Of a DNA stretch of 64,000 nucleotides, positions 30,621 to 41,488 are shown one piece after another. This DNA is from Bacteroidia bacterium. Its GTDB lineage: Bacteria; Bacteroidota; Bacteroidia; M30B66. The stretch covers positions 3,296,001-3,360,000 of the forward strand of contig OZ257142.1 in NCBI GenBank assembly GCA_965279035.1, in the 5' to 3' direction. The notes below the pieces were generated by a model. It was given only the letters and a program-made list of their open reading frames with translations. It was not told where the DNA came from and did no database searches. The position numbers were made by a program, and so were the translations under genes. The stretch's first letter is position 1. Each line of letters begins with the position of its first letter.

Positions 30621-33600
30621 ATGCATACATTTACTATTCGAAAAATTCATTTCTTCCTTTTTCTTTTTTGCCTGAGTTTTTCAATCCTTAAGGCAGATGG
30701 AGGCGCTCGCTTTGAAGAAAATAAAGGCCAATGGCCTAATCACGTTCAATTCAGAGCCGATATTCCGGGTGGAGCATTATTCATCGAACAAAAAGGACTC
30801 ACCTATCATTTCCAAAAAAGCAGTAACGAAGGCCATCAACACAATCAAAATGGCAATGAAACTGAGGAATTGAAGGGACATGTTGTTCGAATGAATTTCC
30901 TCAATGCGAACGAGAAAGCAATTTCATCGGGAGATAAAGCCTTACCGTATTATTCTAATTATTTTATCGGGAACGACCGCCGGCACTGGGCTGGAAATGT
31001 AAAATCGTTTGAACGCATTGAGCGAAAAAACGTGTATTCTGGAATTGATTGGATCGTTTATTCGAATGCGAGTGGATTGAAATACGATTTCATTTTAGAA
31101 GCAGGAGCCAATCCGGAAAATATACAAATGCAATATGCCGGAACAGACAAGATGCGCTTGGTAGAAGGTAAATTAAACATCCTCACTAGCCTTGGAAAGC
31201 TCGAAGAAAATGCACCAATCGCATGGCAAGAAATAGATGGCAAACGTGTTTTCGTGGATTGTCGATTCGAATTGAATAATAACATCGTTGGTTTTAAACT
31301 GGGGAAATACAAGAAAGAATTCCCATTAATTATCGATCCTCAATTGGTTTTTGGAAGTTTTTCGGGCTCAACAGCCGATAACTGGGGCTTTACCGCAACA
31401 TACGATAATGCTGGAAATACCTATTCGGCAGGAGTTGTATTTGGAGTTGGTTATACTACCGTAACGGGAGCATATCAACAAAACTTCAATGGTGGTAGTG
31501 GTTCTCGCCCTTGCGATATTGGTATTATCAAATACAGCTCGGCGGGACAAAGAATGTTTGCCACTTATTTAGGTGGAGCAGGAAATGAAATTCCACAAAG
31601 TTTAATTGTTAGTTCGAACAACGAATTGTTTCTTTTTGGGACAAGTGGATCGAGCGATTTTCCTACAAGTTCAACAGCTTGGCAACGCGTTTTTGGTGGT
31701 GGATCGGAAGTCAATATTTTAAATAACGGAATTAAATTCCCGAACGGAACAGATTTATTTATCAGTCGACTTTCAGAAAACGGTACTCAACTTCTTGCCT
31801 CTACCCTCTTAGGTGGTTCGGGAAATGATGGATTAAATACAGCATCACAATTACGTTACAATTATGCCGATGAAGCCCGCGGAGGAATTGTGATAGATGC
31901 ACAAAACAATGTGTATGTTGGTTGCAGCACTTCATCGACCGATTTTCCAGTTCCGGGAAATGCCTTTCAATCGACCTATGGTGGTGGAACACAAGACGGC
32001 ATGGTGGTGAAATTCAATGCAAATTTGACCACATTGTTTTGGGGTTCTTATTTAGGAGGAAGTTCTCCCGATGGTGTGATGAACTTGGTGCTCGACCAGC
32101 AAGGAAATGTGTTTGCTGGCGGTGGAACAACTTCAACAAATTTCCCTAGTAGTTCGGGTGCTGTTCAATCGGCCAATGGCGGTGGACAATGCGATGGATT
32201 TATCACAGGAATTCGTCCGAACGGACAAAGTATTTTTGCCTCAACATTTTATGGAGCTGAGTTGTATGATCAGATTTACATTCTAGCCACTGATCGACAA
32301 AATCATGTGTATGCCTTTGGACAGACAGAAAAAGGCGGCAGTTTTTATCAAAACAACTTTGGATTCTCGGAACCAAATGGGAAACAATTCATTTCGAAAT
32401 TCAGCAATGATTTACAAACCCGAATTTGGTCAAGCAGTTTTGGGAATGGATTGGCGAAGCCAGATATCACACCGAGTGCATTTACTGTAGATATCTGTGG
32501 ACAAATATTCGTTTCGGGTTGGGGCGGTGCAAATAATTCATCAGCCAGCGGCGGAACATTTGGCGGAACGAGCGGATTAACAACTACACCTGATGCATTT
32601 CAAACATCAACCGATAACAATGATTTCTACCTGATGGTATTGGATGAACCCGATCAAAGTTTGGTTTACGCTACGTTCTTTGGAGGAGCATTGAGTTCGG
32701 AACATGTGGATGGCGGAACGAGTCGTTTCGACCGCAAAGGAATTATCTATCAATCGGTATGTGCCGGTTGTGGAGGACATGATGATTTCCCAACAACTCC
32801 GGGCGTTTGGTCTAATGTTAATGGCAGTCAAAGTGGTTGCAATAATGCGGTGATGAAATTCGATTTTCAACTGCCAGCAACGGTTGCAAGTTTTACTTCT
32901 CCACCCATTGGATGTGCACCATTTACAGTCGATCTGTTAAACAGTAGCAGCTTTGCCACATCGTATTCGTGGTTGATTAACGGTACAGAAATTTCAACCA
33001 GTGAAAACCCCAATTATACCTTCACCAATCCCGGAAACTACACCGTTCAGCTCATTGCCAATAATCCCAATTCCTGCAACGCTGTAGATACATTTACCAA
33101 ACAAATTCGGGTGGTGAATTCTACTCGCGATGTGTTCGATTCACTTTCGATTTGCTATTTGAACAGCGTCGAAATTGGTCCTTCATTTCCTGTTGATCCT
33201 TATTATGAAGTCCTCTGGAATCCTACATCTGGGCTCAATGAAGCCGATGCTCAACATCCACTAGCATCACCTCAACAAAGCACGAATTACATTCTGTATT
33301 TGTCACTTGGAACCTGTGCCGATACCATTGAACAATACGTTAATGTTCGACTTTCGGCTTTGGATGCCGGTCCTGATTTGAATAGTTGTCGCGGACAAAC
33401 TATTGCCATTGGAAAGCCGGGTGATGAATCATTGTATTCTTATTCTTGGTCGCCCGAAACACCCTTGGATACTAACGTAGTTGCGATGCCGCTTGCCAGT
33501 GTGGATGAAACAACGCAGTTTTTTCTGACACGCATTCCGCTCGACACTGCTTTAGGTTGTCCTGGAAAAGATAGTTTGATTGTCAACATTCCGCCAGGTT

Positions 33601-34148
33601 CGCCATTGGCAGATTTTGAAACTGAAGTACTTGCAAGTTGTACCGAAGTGAAGGTTAAGATTAGCAATTCCAGCGAAATAGCTGATCAATATTCCTGGAA
33701 TTTTGGAAAGGGAAATTCTTCTGATAATCAAATTGCAAATCCTGATGTTGTTTATCAATATGGCGATACGATTGACATAACACTTATAGCAATCAATCCA
33801 ATTTGCAGAGATACTTTGGAGTTTAAACAACCTTTGAAAGATCTTACAGAGTATTTCAAAATCAATACTTCCAATTCTTTTTCACCCAATGGGGATGGAA
33901 AAAACGATTGCTTTTCACCGGCTTTACAAGATTTACCAGCGCCAGATGATGCTAATTTTTTAAAGTGTAGCACTTTGCGCATTTTCGATCGTTGGGGAAA
34001 ACCACTCTTCGAACGTGTTGAAGCTACAGATGGTTGTTGGGACGGGAAAACTAGTTCGGGAGAAGAATGCCCATCGGGTGCTTATTTCTTTACGTTCGAG
34101 GGACAAGGACAAACTTTGCAGGGTACAGTAGAACTCATTCGAGAATAA
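30621..34148 (+). CDS. Large secreted protein with SBBP-like propeller repeats, PKD domains and a T9SS type B CTD
   Basis: 'FEENKGQW', 'LIIDPQL', repeated 'TYLGG/DFP', PKD motifs and 'NSFSPNGDGKND...FDRWG...WDGK' CTD. A TAATTTTG box at 30595 favours the ATG at 30621. Confidence 0.88.
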   Translation: MHTFTIRKIHFFLFLFCLSFSILKADGGARFEENKGQWPNHVQFRADIPGGALFIEQKGLTYHFQKSSNEGHQHNQNGNETEELKGHVVRMNFLNANEKAISSGDKALPYYSNYFIGNDRRHWAGNVKSFERIERKNVYSGIDWIVYSNASGLKYDFILEAGANPENIQMQYAGTDKMRLVEGKLNILTSLGKLEENAPIAWQEIDGKRVFVDCRFELNNNIVGFKLGKYKKEFPLIIDPQLVFGSFSGSTADNWGFTATYDNAGNTYSAGVVFGVGYTTVTGAYQQNFNGGSGSRPCDIGIIKYSSAGQRMFATYLGGAGNEIPQSLIVSSNNELFLFGTSGSSDFPTSSTAWQRVFGGGSEVNILNNGIKFPNGTDLFISRLSENGTQLLASTLLGGSGNDGLNTASQLRYNYADEARGGIVIDAQNNVYVGCSTSSTDFPVPGNAFQSTYGGGTQDGMVVKFNANLTTLFWGSYLGGSSPDGVMNLVLDQQGNVFAGGGTTSTNFPSSSGAVQSANGGGQCDGFITGIRPNGQSIFASTFYGAELYDQIYILATDRQNHVYAFGQTEKGGSFYQNNFGFSEPNGKQFISKFSNDLQTRIWSSSFGNGLAKPDITPSAFTVDICGQIFVSGWGGANNSSASGGTFGGTSGLTTTPDAFQTSTDNNDFYLMVLDEPDQSLVYATFFGGALSSEHVDGGTSRFDRKGIIYQSVCAGCGGHDDFPTTPGVWSNVNGSQSGCNNAVMKFDFQLPATVASFTSPPIGCAPFTVDLLNSSSFATSYSWLINGTEISTSENPNYTFTNPGNYTVQLIANNPNSCNAVDTFTKQIRVVNSTRDVFDSLSICYLNSVEIGPSFPVDPYYEVLWNPTSGLNEADAQHPLASPQQSTNYILYLSLGTCADTIEQYVNVRLSALDAGPDLNSCRGQTIAIGKPGDESLYSYSWSPETPLDTNVVAMPLASVDETTQFFLTRIPLDTALGCPGKDSLIVNIPPGSPLADFETEVLASCTEVKVKISNSSEIADQYSWNFGKGNSSDNQIANPDVVYQYGDTIDITLIAINPICRDTLEFKQPLKDLTEYFKINTSNSFSPNGDGKNDCFSPALQDLPAPDDANFLKCSTLRIFDRWGKPLFERVEATDGCWDGKTSSGEECPSGAYFFTFEGQGQTLQGTVELIRE

Positions 34149-34187
34149 GCTAATTATTTACGTAATTTCGTTGCACGATCGAATCCT

Positions 34188-37100
34188 ATGCAACGTCATT
34201 TTCTTTTCATCTTCCTTTTATTTATTAGTCTTCCCGCGTTTTCGGTTGATGGTTCACACTATCAGCGTTCGGGTTTTATTCCCAACGGAGGACAATGGCC
34301 ATCAGCGGTTAAATACCGAATTGGCATTCAAAACGGAGCGCTTTTTTTGCGTGATGGAGGATTAAGCTATGTGCTTTACGATGGAGAAGCAGTAAAACAA
34401 AAACACGAGCAAGCGCATACACCATCGCTCGCTAATTTGTCGAATAGCATTCGCCACCATGCTGTAAACATGCAGCTTCGGGGCGCAGCGCAAGGCATTC
34501 AACCTGAACAACAAAACGGTTCCGAAACGCGCTATAATTTTTATCATGGTAACGATCGCTCCAAATGGGCAAGTGGCTTACAAGCTTGGAAACAAGTTAG
34601 CTATCCTGAAATTTATCCGAATACCAATTGGGTAATTTACACGAGTGATCACGGAATTAAATACGATTTCCATTTAAAACCTGGTGCTGATCCCAATCTA
34701 ATTCGGATGCAATTTACAGGTGCCGAAAGTGTCAGCATTCGTAACAATACCCTATACATCAAGACCAGTTTAGGCGATATCATCGAGCAAGCACCTGTTG
34801 CATGGCAAGAAGAAAACGGCATTAAAACGATGGTTGGCTGTGCCTTTCATCAATACGAAGATGGCAGTATTGGTTTCGATGTAGAAAGCTATGATCACAG
34901 TCAATTGCTTACGCTCGATCCTCAATTAATTTTTGCTACGTATTCGGGTTCAACCGATGATAATTGGGGTTATAGTGCAACGTATGATAATGCAGGAAAT
35001 GGCTATTCAGCAGGAATTGTATTCGGTCCCAATTTCCCAACAACGACGGGTGCTTACGAAGAAGATTTTGGTGGTGGACAACTCGATATTGGGATTTTAA
35101 AATACACACCTGATGGAAGCAATGCCTTGTATGTTACCTATATGGGTGGTTCGAATATGGAATTACCACATAGTATGATTGTAAATGAATACGACGAATT
35201 GATCGTTTTTGGGACAACCGGTTCGGCCGATTTTCCAATGACCAATGGATCTTATTCAACGGTATTCAAAGGTGGACCATCGGTTAGTTTTGAGAATGGC
35301 TATATTCAAATTGTGAATGGCTTGGATATGTTTGTGAGTCGCTTATCGACTGATGGCAGCCAATTGCTTGGTTCAACCTATGTTGGCGGAACAGGAAACG
35401 ATGGATTTAATGGTGCATTAGCCTTTAATTATGCCGATGAAATTCGTGGCGCACTTTGGGTGGATGGTGATAATAATATTTACGTAGGAACAAGCACTAC
35501 TAGCAACGATTTTCCAGTTACACCAGGTGCAATTCAAGGAACCTATGGTGGAGGAAATCAAGATGGCGTTGTTGTTCGGTTAAATGGAAATCTCTCACAA
35601 TTAGATTGGGCAACGTATTTAGGAGGAAGTGATGATGATGGCATTTTTTATTTAGTGGTTGATGCCGATCAACGAGCTATTGTTACGGGAGGAACTCGTT
35701 CTACAAATTTCCCGACAACAACGGGAGCATATCAAACTACAAACAATGGAAATACCGATGGTTTCGTTTCAGTGATTGATTCTGCAGGAACAACCTTGAT
35801 TGGATCAACTTACATCGGTTCACCTAATTATGATCAGTCGTTTATTGTTGGTGCCGATAAAACAGATTTCATCTACATATTCGGTCAAACACAGGCTACA
35901 GGTGATTTCTACAATATCAATACTGCTATTGGAGTTTCGGGTGGAAATCAATATTTGATGAAATTCAATCCAACCTTAACCAATGTGATTTGGTCGAATG
36001 CGTTTGGAAATGCTTCTGGAGTTCCTGATATAACGCCTACCGCATTGTTGGTGGATTTGTGTGATAAAATATACTGCACCGGTTGGGGCGGAGTCATTAA
36101 TTCCAATTTCCCCTTTTCGGGAACAACCGGACTCATTACAACTCCCGATGCATTTCAAAGTACTACAGATGGAAATGATTTCTATTTGTATGTGATGGAC
36201 AATCAAGCACAAACGCTCGAATATGCTTCATTCTTAGGTGGTCCAAATAGTCTCGATCACGTGGATGGAGGAACAAGTCGTTTCGATCGCAAAGGAGTTA
36301 TTTATCAATCGATATGTGGTGGATGTGGCGGACAGAGCGACTTTCCGGGCATTACTCCCAATTCATTTTCACCAACTAATAATTCATCAAACTGTAATAA
36401 CCTATTAGTAAAATTCGATTTTGAATCACCCATCACGGTTTCTGCATTTGCTAGTATTACCGATCCCATTGGTTGTGCTCCGTATACTGCTGATTTTAGT
36501 AATACCAGTGTAAATGCCGATCTGTTTAGCTGGCGAATTGGAGATACTGAAATATCTACAGCTCCAAATTTCACCTATACATTTACTCAAAGCGGTACAT
36601 ACGAAGTGGTGCTTATAGCAAGCAGTAGTTTAACTTGCAATGGATCAGATACCGTTTCTCTTACAGTAAAAGTTATTTCTGATATTCAAGGAACGCTATT
36701 ACCAATAACAGCATGTGTAGGTGATGAAGTCACTTTAGGACCGGATGAATTTGATGATCCTTATTTTAATTTCCGCTGGAATCCTGGAACAACTCTGAGC
36801 GATTCTACCGTTCGCAAACCAACATTTACAGCCGATACAAGCATTGAGTATTCTGTTGTGGTGAGTGTTGGAACTTGTGTGGATACAATCAGTCAGCAAG
36901 TTACTGTTTATGGTGTAAGTCATGATGCTTTAAATCTTGCCGATGACTGCATTTTCGACTCTCTCGAAGTTGGACCGATTGGAGATTATTCGCCCGGAAC
37001 AACCTTCAGCTGGTCACCTTCAACAAATTTAAGTTCAACTACTGAACAAAATCCATTGGCATTTTTAACAGGCTCTCTCACTTATCAAGTACTAATTCAT

Positions 37101-37937
37101 CGCCCCGAAGGATGCACGGATACTTTAGATGTACCAGTGAATGGACATTGGGACGCGATGGATGCTGGTCCAGATGTGAATGCCTGTGAAAGTCAACCAG
37201 CATTGATTGGATTAGCCGATTCGAGCGGAACATTCTCCTATGCTTGGACTCCTACCGGATTGTTAACCAATGCGAACACGCCCACTCCTTCTGCTTTAAT
37301 TACCCAAGATCAGCAATTTAATGTTGTCCGTTTTCCTCTTCCGGGAAATCCTGCTTGTCCTGCACGTGATTCACTTGTTGTTCATTTAGTGAGTAAACCT
37401 ACAGCCTATTTTAACTATGAATTTCATCCTGAATGCAAAGGAATGAATGTGGCTTTTACCGATTCCAGCTTGGATTATTTAAGTTTAATTTGGGATTTTA
37501 GTAATGGACAAACAAGCACAACAGAAGATCCTTCCGAGTTTTTTCCATTCAATGATACACTTACTGCAACATTGATTGTGAAAAATGGTGAATGTAGCGA
37601 TACCTTGGTTTCAACTGAATACATTGGTGATATCTCCAAGTACTATAAAGAAAACAACTCCAATGCATTCTCGCCCAATGGAGATGGGGTAAACGATTGC
37701 TTCAGTCCAGCTTTACAATTAGCACCCAAACCTTGGGATCAAGCTTTCATTCCTTGTTCCGATTTGTTTATTTACACGCGTTGGGGTGAATTGATTTATT
37801 CTGCCGAAGACAGTGAAGAATCCTGTTGGAATGGTAAGACGGATAAAGGAGACGAAGTTCCCGAAAGTGTTTATTACTTCCGATACCGTTTTGGTAGCAC
37901 CGAACGCGCTGGTTATGTTGAGTTGAAACGTCAATGA
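34188..37937 (+). CDS. Paralogous large SBBP/PKD protein with T9SS type B CTD
   Basis: Same architecture: 'HVDGGTSRFDRKG..YQS.C.GCGG' and 'NAFSPNGDGVND'. Confidence 0.88.
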   Translation: MQRHFLFIFLLFISLPAFSVDGSHYQRSGFIPNGGQWPSAVKYRIGIQNGALFLRDGGLSYVLYDGEAVKQKHEQAHTPSLANLSNSIRHHAVNMQLRGAAQGIQPEQQNGSETRYNFYHGNDRSKWASGLQAWKQVSYPEIYPNTNWVIYTSDHGIKYDFHLKPGADPNLIRMQFTGAESVSIRNNTLYIKTSLGDIIEQAPVAWQEENGIKTMVGCAFHQYEDGSIGFDVESYDHSQLLTLDPQLIFATYSGSTDDNWGYSATYDNAGNGYSAGIVFGPNFPTTTGAYEEDFGGGQLDIGILKYTPDGSNALYVTYMGGSNMELPHSMIVNEYDELIVFGTTGSADFPMTNGSYSTVFKGGPSVSFENGYIQIVNGLDMFVSRLSTDGSQLLGSTYVGGTGNDGFNGALAFNYADEIRGALWVDGDNNIYVGTSTTSNDFPVTPGAIQGTYGGGNQDGVVVRLNGNLSQLDWATYLGGSDDDGIFYLVVDADQRAIVTGGTRSTNFPTTTGAYQTTNNGNTDGFVSVIDSAGTTLIGSTYIGSPNYDQSFIVGADKTDFIYIFGQTQATGDFYNINTAIGVSGGNQYLMKFNPTLTNVIWSNAFGNASGVPDITPTALLVDLCDKIYCTGWGGVINSNFPFSGTTGLITTPDAFQSTTDGNDFYLYVMDNQAQTLEYASFLGGPNSLDHVDGGTSRFDRKGVIYQSICGGCGGQSDFPGITPNSFSPTNNSSNCNNLLVKFDFESPITVSAFASITDPIGCAPYTADFSNTSVNADLFSWRIGDTEISTAPNFTYTFTQSGTYEVVLIASSSLTCNGSDTVSLTVKVISDIQGTLLPITACVGDEVTLGPDEFDDPYFNFRWNPGTTLSDSTVRKPTFTADTSIEYSVVVSVGTCVDTISQQVTVYGVSHDALNLADDCIFDSLEVGPIGDYSPGTTFSWSPSTNLSSTTEQNPLAFLTGSLTYQVLIHRPEGCTDTLDVPVNGHWDAMDAGPDVNACESQPALIGLADSSGTFSYAWTPTGLLTNANTPTPSALITQDQQFNVVRFPLPGNPACPARDSLVVHLVSKPTAYFNYEFHPECKGMNVAFTDSSLDYLSLIWDFSNGQTSTTEDPSEFFPFNDTLTATLIVKNGECSDTLVSTEYIGDISKYYKENNSNAFSPNGDGVNDCFSPALQLAPKPWDQAFIPCSDLFIYTRWGELIYSAEDSEESCWNGKTDKGDEVPESVYYFRYRFGSTERAGYVELKRQ

Positions 37938-38620
37938 TGCATCTCAGCAAAGACGAGCTTTTAGGGAAAATAGATCAATCGAAACACCACGAGTTTGTTT
38001 GTCTACCGCTTGCATTTTGTGATGAAGAACATGCTCATTTTTTACGAAACGATGCAGCCAAGGCCTGGATCATCTTGCACGAAGCAGCTAAAAAAGATGG
38101 ATTGGACTTGAAGGTGATTTCATCCACCCGAAACTTCGAAAGACAAAAGCAGATTTGGGAAAATAAATGGTCGGGCAGAACTTTAACGAACGGACGAAAT
38201 CTAGCCGAAGGATATTTATCAGCCGAAGAAAAAGCACGATTGATATTACGCTTTTCAGCTATGCCGGGCACCTCGCGCCATCATTGGGGAAGCGATTTGG
38301 ATATTAATTCGGTGGAAGAATCCTATTTCGAAGAAGAACGTGGCAGACTCGAATATGCTTGGTTATGCCGCTATGCCGGTGATTTTGGTTTTTTTCAACC
38401 TTATTCCGAAAAAGGAATTGCTCGCCCAAATGGTTATGAAGAAGAAAAATGGCATTGGAGTTTTGCACCATTGTCTGTTCCGTTTTTAGAATCGTTTCAA
38501 AAGCAAATCGTGCATACAGATATCAAGGGATTTTTAGGTGCCGAAACAGCATCAACATTGAAGGTTATTGAAAATTACGTTTGTGGAATTGCTTCACCAC
38601 ACTTTCCACTGAATTCATAA
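37934..38620 (+). CDS. M15-family D-Ala-D-Ala carboxypeptidase (VanY-like)
   Basis: 'SSTR...Q', 'SAMPGTSRHHWGSDLD' and 'EEKWHW'. Confidence 0.9.
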   Translation: MMHLSKDELLGKIDQSKHHEFVCLPLAFCDEEHAHFLRNDAAKAWIILHEAAKKDGLDLKVISSTRNFERQKQIWENKWSGRTLTNGRNLAEGYLSAEEKARLILRFSAMPGTSRHHWGSDLDINSVEESYFEEERGRLEYAWLCRYAGDFGFFQPYSEKGIARPNGYEEEKWHWSFAPLSVPFLESFQKQIVHTDIKGFLGAETASTLKVIENYVCGIASPHFPLNS

Positions 38621-38670
38621 TTGCTTTTATTTATTCTGCTTCTTGATACAAGCTTTCCTAAATTTGCCCC

Positions 38671-39258
38671 ATGCTCCGATTGAAAAAAGATACCGATCCA
38701 CGCTGGGCATATCTAGCAGGACAAGACCTTGAAGAAGTCCTTACCGACCATGCCTTTTGCGAACAGAAAGCAGCTTCAACCTGCATTTCGCTGATTGTTA
38801 AATATCCCGAATATCCCGAATTGGTAACGGAAATGAGTGCATTAGTACGTGAGGAAATGGAGCATTTTCAACGTGTACACGAAATCATCCTCAAACGTGG
38901 AATGAAACTCGGTCGCGAACGCAAAGATCCCTACGTGAACGAATTAGCGCAGTTTATCAGCAAAGAAGGTGATCAAAATAAATTGCTGGTCGATCGTTTA
39001 CTTTTCTCTGCTATGATTGAAGCGCGCAGCTGCGAGCGATTTCGTGTGCTAAGCGATAATATTGAAGACGAAGAATTAGCCGCTTTTTACCGCGAGTTGA
39101 TGGCAAGTGAAGCAGGACATTACACTTTATTCCTTCAGTTTGCCCGCAAATATGCGAATCCCAATGTGGTAGATGTAGATGCTCGCTATCAACAATGGCT
39201 CGATTACGAGGCTGAAGTGATTAGTCGCTACGGGAAAATCGGACAGATACACGGGTAA
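38671..39258 (+). CDS. miaE: tRNA-(ms2io6A) hydroxylase MiaE
   Basis: 'DHAFCEQKAA', 'EEMEHF', 'IEARSCERF' and 'SEAGHY' di-iron motifs; TAAATTTG box just upstream. Confidence 0.92.
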   Translation: MLRLKKDTDPRWAYLAGQDLEEVLTDHAFCEQKAASTCISLIVKYPEYPELVTEMSALVREEMEHFQRVHEIILKRGMKLGRERKDPYVNELAQFISKEGDQNKLLVDRLLFSAMIEARSCERFRVLSDNIEDEELAAFYRELMASEAGHYTLFLQFARKYANPNVVDVDARYQQWLDYEAEVISRYGKIGQIHG

Positions 39259-39261
39259 ATA

Positions 39262-39323
39262 TCAATTACGAATTTTCAATTACGAATTACGGATTGGGAA
39301 TTACGGATTACGGATTGGGAATT
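39262..39323. repeat. Degenerate heptamer tandem repeat (AATTACG/GATTACG/GATTGGG)
   Basis: About 8 units immediately after the miaE stop. Confidence 0.75.
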
Positions 39324-39408
39324 CATATATCAAGGTTGATTTGAAATTACTTGCAAAATCTATATTCAACTCAATTAACGTGTTGTTTGTTTTAAACTAA
39401 AAGAAAAT

Positions 39409-39444
39409 AGTCCCTCTCCCGAGGAGAGGGATATAGGGTGAGGT
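39409..39444 (-). repeat. REP-like palindrome, same family as 56142-56178
   Basis: Reverse complement acctcaccctatatccctctcctcgggagagggact. Confidence 0.7.
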
Positions 39445-39572
39445 CAACGCCGGCTAAATTAATTGCAAGAATATAGTATTAACTATCTATAGTTAAGAGT
39501 TTTCATAAAGCAAAAATTCAATTTCATACCACTCAACTTCATGGATTCCGGTTTTAGTGTATTTTTAACGCT

Positions 39573-41420
39573 ATGAAAATCCGTGTATCCATTTTACTGC
39601 TGCTTTTTTGGGGAAGCATACGTATTCAAGCTGGTGAATCTAAGAATACAATTACGCGCATTGATCCTGCATTTTGGTGGGTGGGAATGCAAAATCCAGA
39701 ATTAGAATTACTCGTTTATCATCCTGGAATTGGAGCGGGAAAAGTTACGCTCAACTATCCGCAAGTGGAATTGAAAAGCGCTGTTCCTGCGGAGAATCCC
39801 GATTTTATTTACCTCACGTTAATCATCAAAAAAGAAGCAGCTGCTGGACTTGTTCCCATCGATATTCAATTGGGGAAAAAGAAACTGCATTATAACTACG
39901 AACTCCGCGCCCGTAATGCCTCTCAGAAAAAAGCAATGGGCGTTAATTCCTCCGATTTCATCTACCTCATCATGCCTGATCGTTTTGCCAATGGTGATTC
40001 GAAAAACGATGTCGTTGTTGGCATGAACGAAACTGCTCTCACACGTGATTCCATGTTTTATCGTCACGGTGGAGATATCCAAGGAATTATCAATCACCTC
40101 GATTATCTGCAAGACCTTGGTTTAACAGCACTTTGGATCAATCCCGTTCAGGAAAATAACGAAGTCAAAACATCCTATCATGGTTATGCCATAACCGATC
40201 ATTATAAAATCGACCCGCGCTTGGGTGATAATGCGCTTTACCTAAAACTCGTTCAGGAACTTCATAACCGTGGGATGAAAATGGTGATGGATATCGTTCC
40301 CAACCACATTGGAATTCATCATTGGTTGTTTCAGCACATGCCTTCGAAAGATTGGATGAATCAATGGGATAACTTTACTAAAACTTCCTACCGCGCTCCT
40401 ACGCTGCTCGATCCGTATGCATCTAATTTCGACCGAAAAAAATTCAACGATGGTTGGTTCGATCAGCACATGCCCGATCTGAATCAACGAAATCCACATG
40501 TGGCCAAATACCTTACTCAAAGCTATATTTGGTGGATCGAATATGCCGGTGTAGATGATTTTCGGATTGATACCTATGCGTATTCTGATCAAGCCTATAT
40601 GTCGGAGTTTTCGAAAGAGCTACATAAAGAATATCCCAAGCTTAATTTATTTGGAGAAATCTGGGATCATGGTGTAGGCATTCAAGCATTTTTCACTGAA
40701 GGATTTCGCGATCGAGGAAATTTCAATTCTGGACTCGATGGTGCTGTTGATTTCCAATTGTATTTTGCCCTAAATGATGCACTCACCAAGCCTTTTGGCT
40801 GGACCGATGGATTGGCTCGCGTGTATTATGTTTTGGCTCAAGACATCCTTTATAAAAATGCAAATCGAAACGTGACCTTTTTGGATAACCACGATTTGAG
40901 TCGTTTTTATTCGGTTGTTGGAGGAGATATTCGAAAATTTAAAATGGGAATTGCTTTCCTAATGACCATGCGTGGTATTCCATCGATGTATTATGGAACA
41001 GAGATTCTTATGAAAGGATTTGCCAATCCGGATGGACATGTTCGCAGCGATTTTCCGGGTGGATGGGCAAGTGATGCAAAAAACAAATTCAAAGCACAAG
41101 GCAGAACTGAAGAAGAAAATCAAGGCTTTGATTGTGTTCGGAAATTGGCGCAATGGCGTAAAGCAAATCCGGTTGTACAAAGCGGAAAATTAATGCAATT
41201 TGTTCCAGAAGAAAGTGTGTATGTGTATTTCCGATATGATGATTCTAAAACTGTTATGGTTATTTTGAATGCCAACGAAACAGCTAAAGAAATCAAAACG
41301 GAACGTTTCCAAGAACGCTTGGGACACAAAGAAACAGGACTCGATATTTTAAGCAAAGAAACAATTCCATTAAGCACGATAAAACTCGATGCTTGGGGCG
41401 TGAAAGTATTGGAATTTTAA
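39573..41420 (+). CDS. GH13 cyclomaltodextrinase/neopullulanase (SusA-like)
   Basis: 'YLIMPDRFANGD', 'GGDIQG', 'YHGY', 'DIVPNH', 'FRIDT', 'FGEIW' and 'FLDNHD'. Confidence 0.93.
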   Translation: MKIRVSILLLLFWGSIRIQAGESKNTITRIDPAFWWVGMQNPELELLVYHPGIGAGKVTLNYPQVELKSAVPAENPDFIYLTLIIKKEAAAGLVPIDIQLGKKKLHYNYELRARNASQKKAMGVNSSDFIYLIMPDRFANGDSKNDVVVGMNETALTRDSMFYRHGGDIQGIINHLDYLQDLGLTALWINPVQENNEVKTSYHGYAITDHYKIDPRLGDNALYLKLVQELHNRGMKMVMDIVPNHIGIHHWLFQHMPSKDWMNQWDNFTKTSYRAPTLLDPYASNFDRKKFNDGWFDQHMPDLNQRNPHVAKYLTQSYIWWIEYAGVDDFRIDTYAYSDQAYMSEFSKELHKEYPKLNLFGEIWDHGVGIQAFFTEGFRDRGNFNSGLDGAVDFQLYFALNDALTKPFGWTDGLARVYYVLAQDILYKNANRNVTFLDNHDLSRFYSVVGGDIRKFKMGIAFLMTMRGIPSMYYGTEILMKGFANPDGHVRSDFPGGWASDAKNKFKAQGRTEEENQGFDCVRKLAQWRKANPVVQSGKLMQFVPEESVYVYFRYDDSKTVMVILNANETAKEIKTERFQERLGHKETGLDILSKETIPLSTIKLDAWGVKVLEF

Positions 41421-41437
41421 AGCATAAATTTAAGCAT

Positions 41438-41481
41438 AAAAAAGCCCCGTCAACGATAGCTGACGGGGCTTTGCTTTTTTT
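41438..41481. terminator. Bidirectional terminator between convergent genes
   Basis: aaaaaagccccgtca...tgacggggcttt. Confidence 0.8.
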
Positions 41482-41488
41482 CCGAATC

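Noticed and set aside
37934-38620. Vancomycin-resistance locus
   Set aside because: A lone M15 peptidase in a Gram-negative genome with no vanHAX or vanRS genes.
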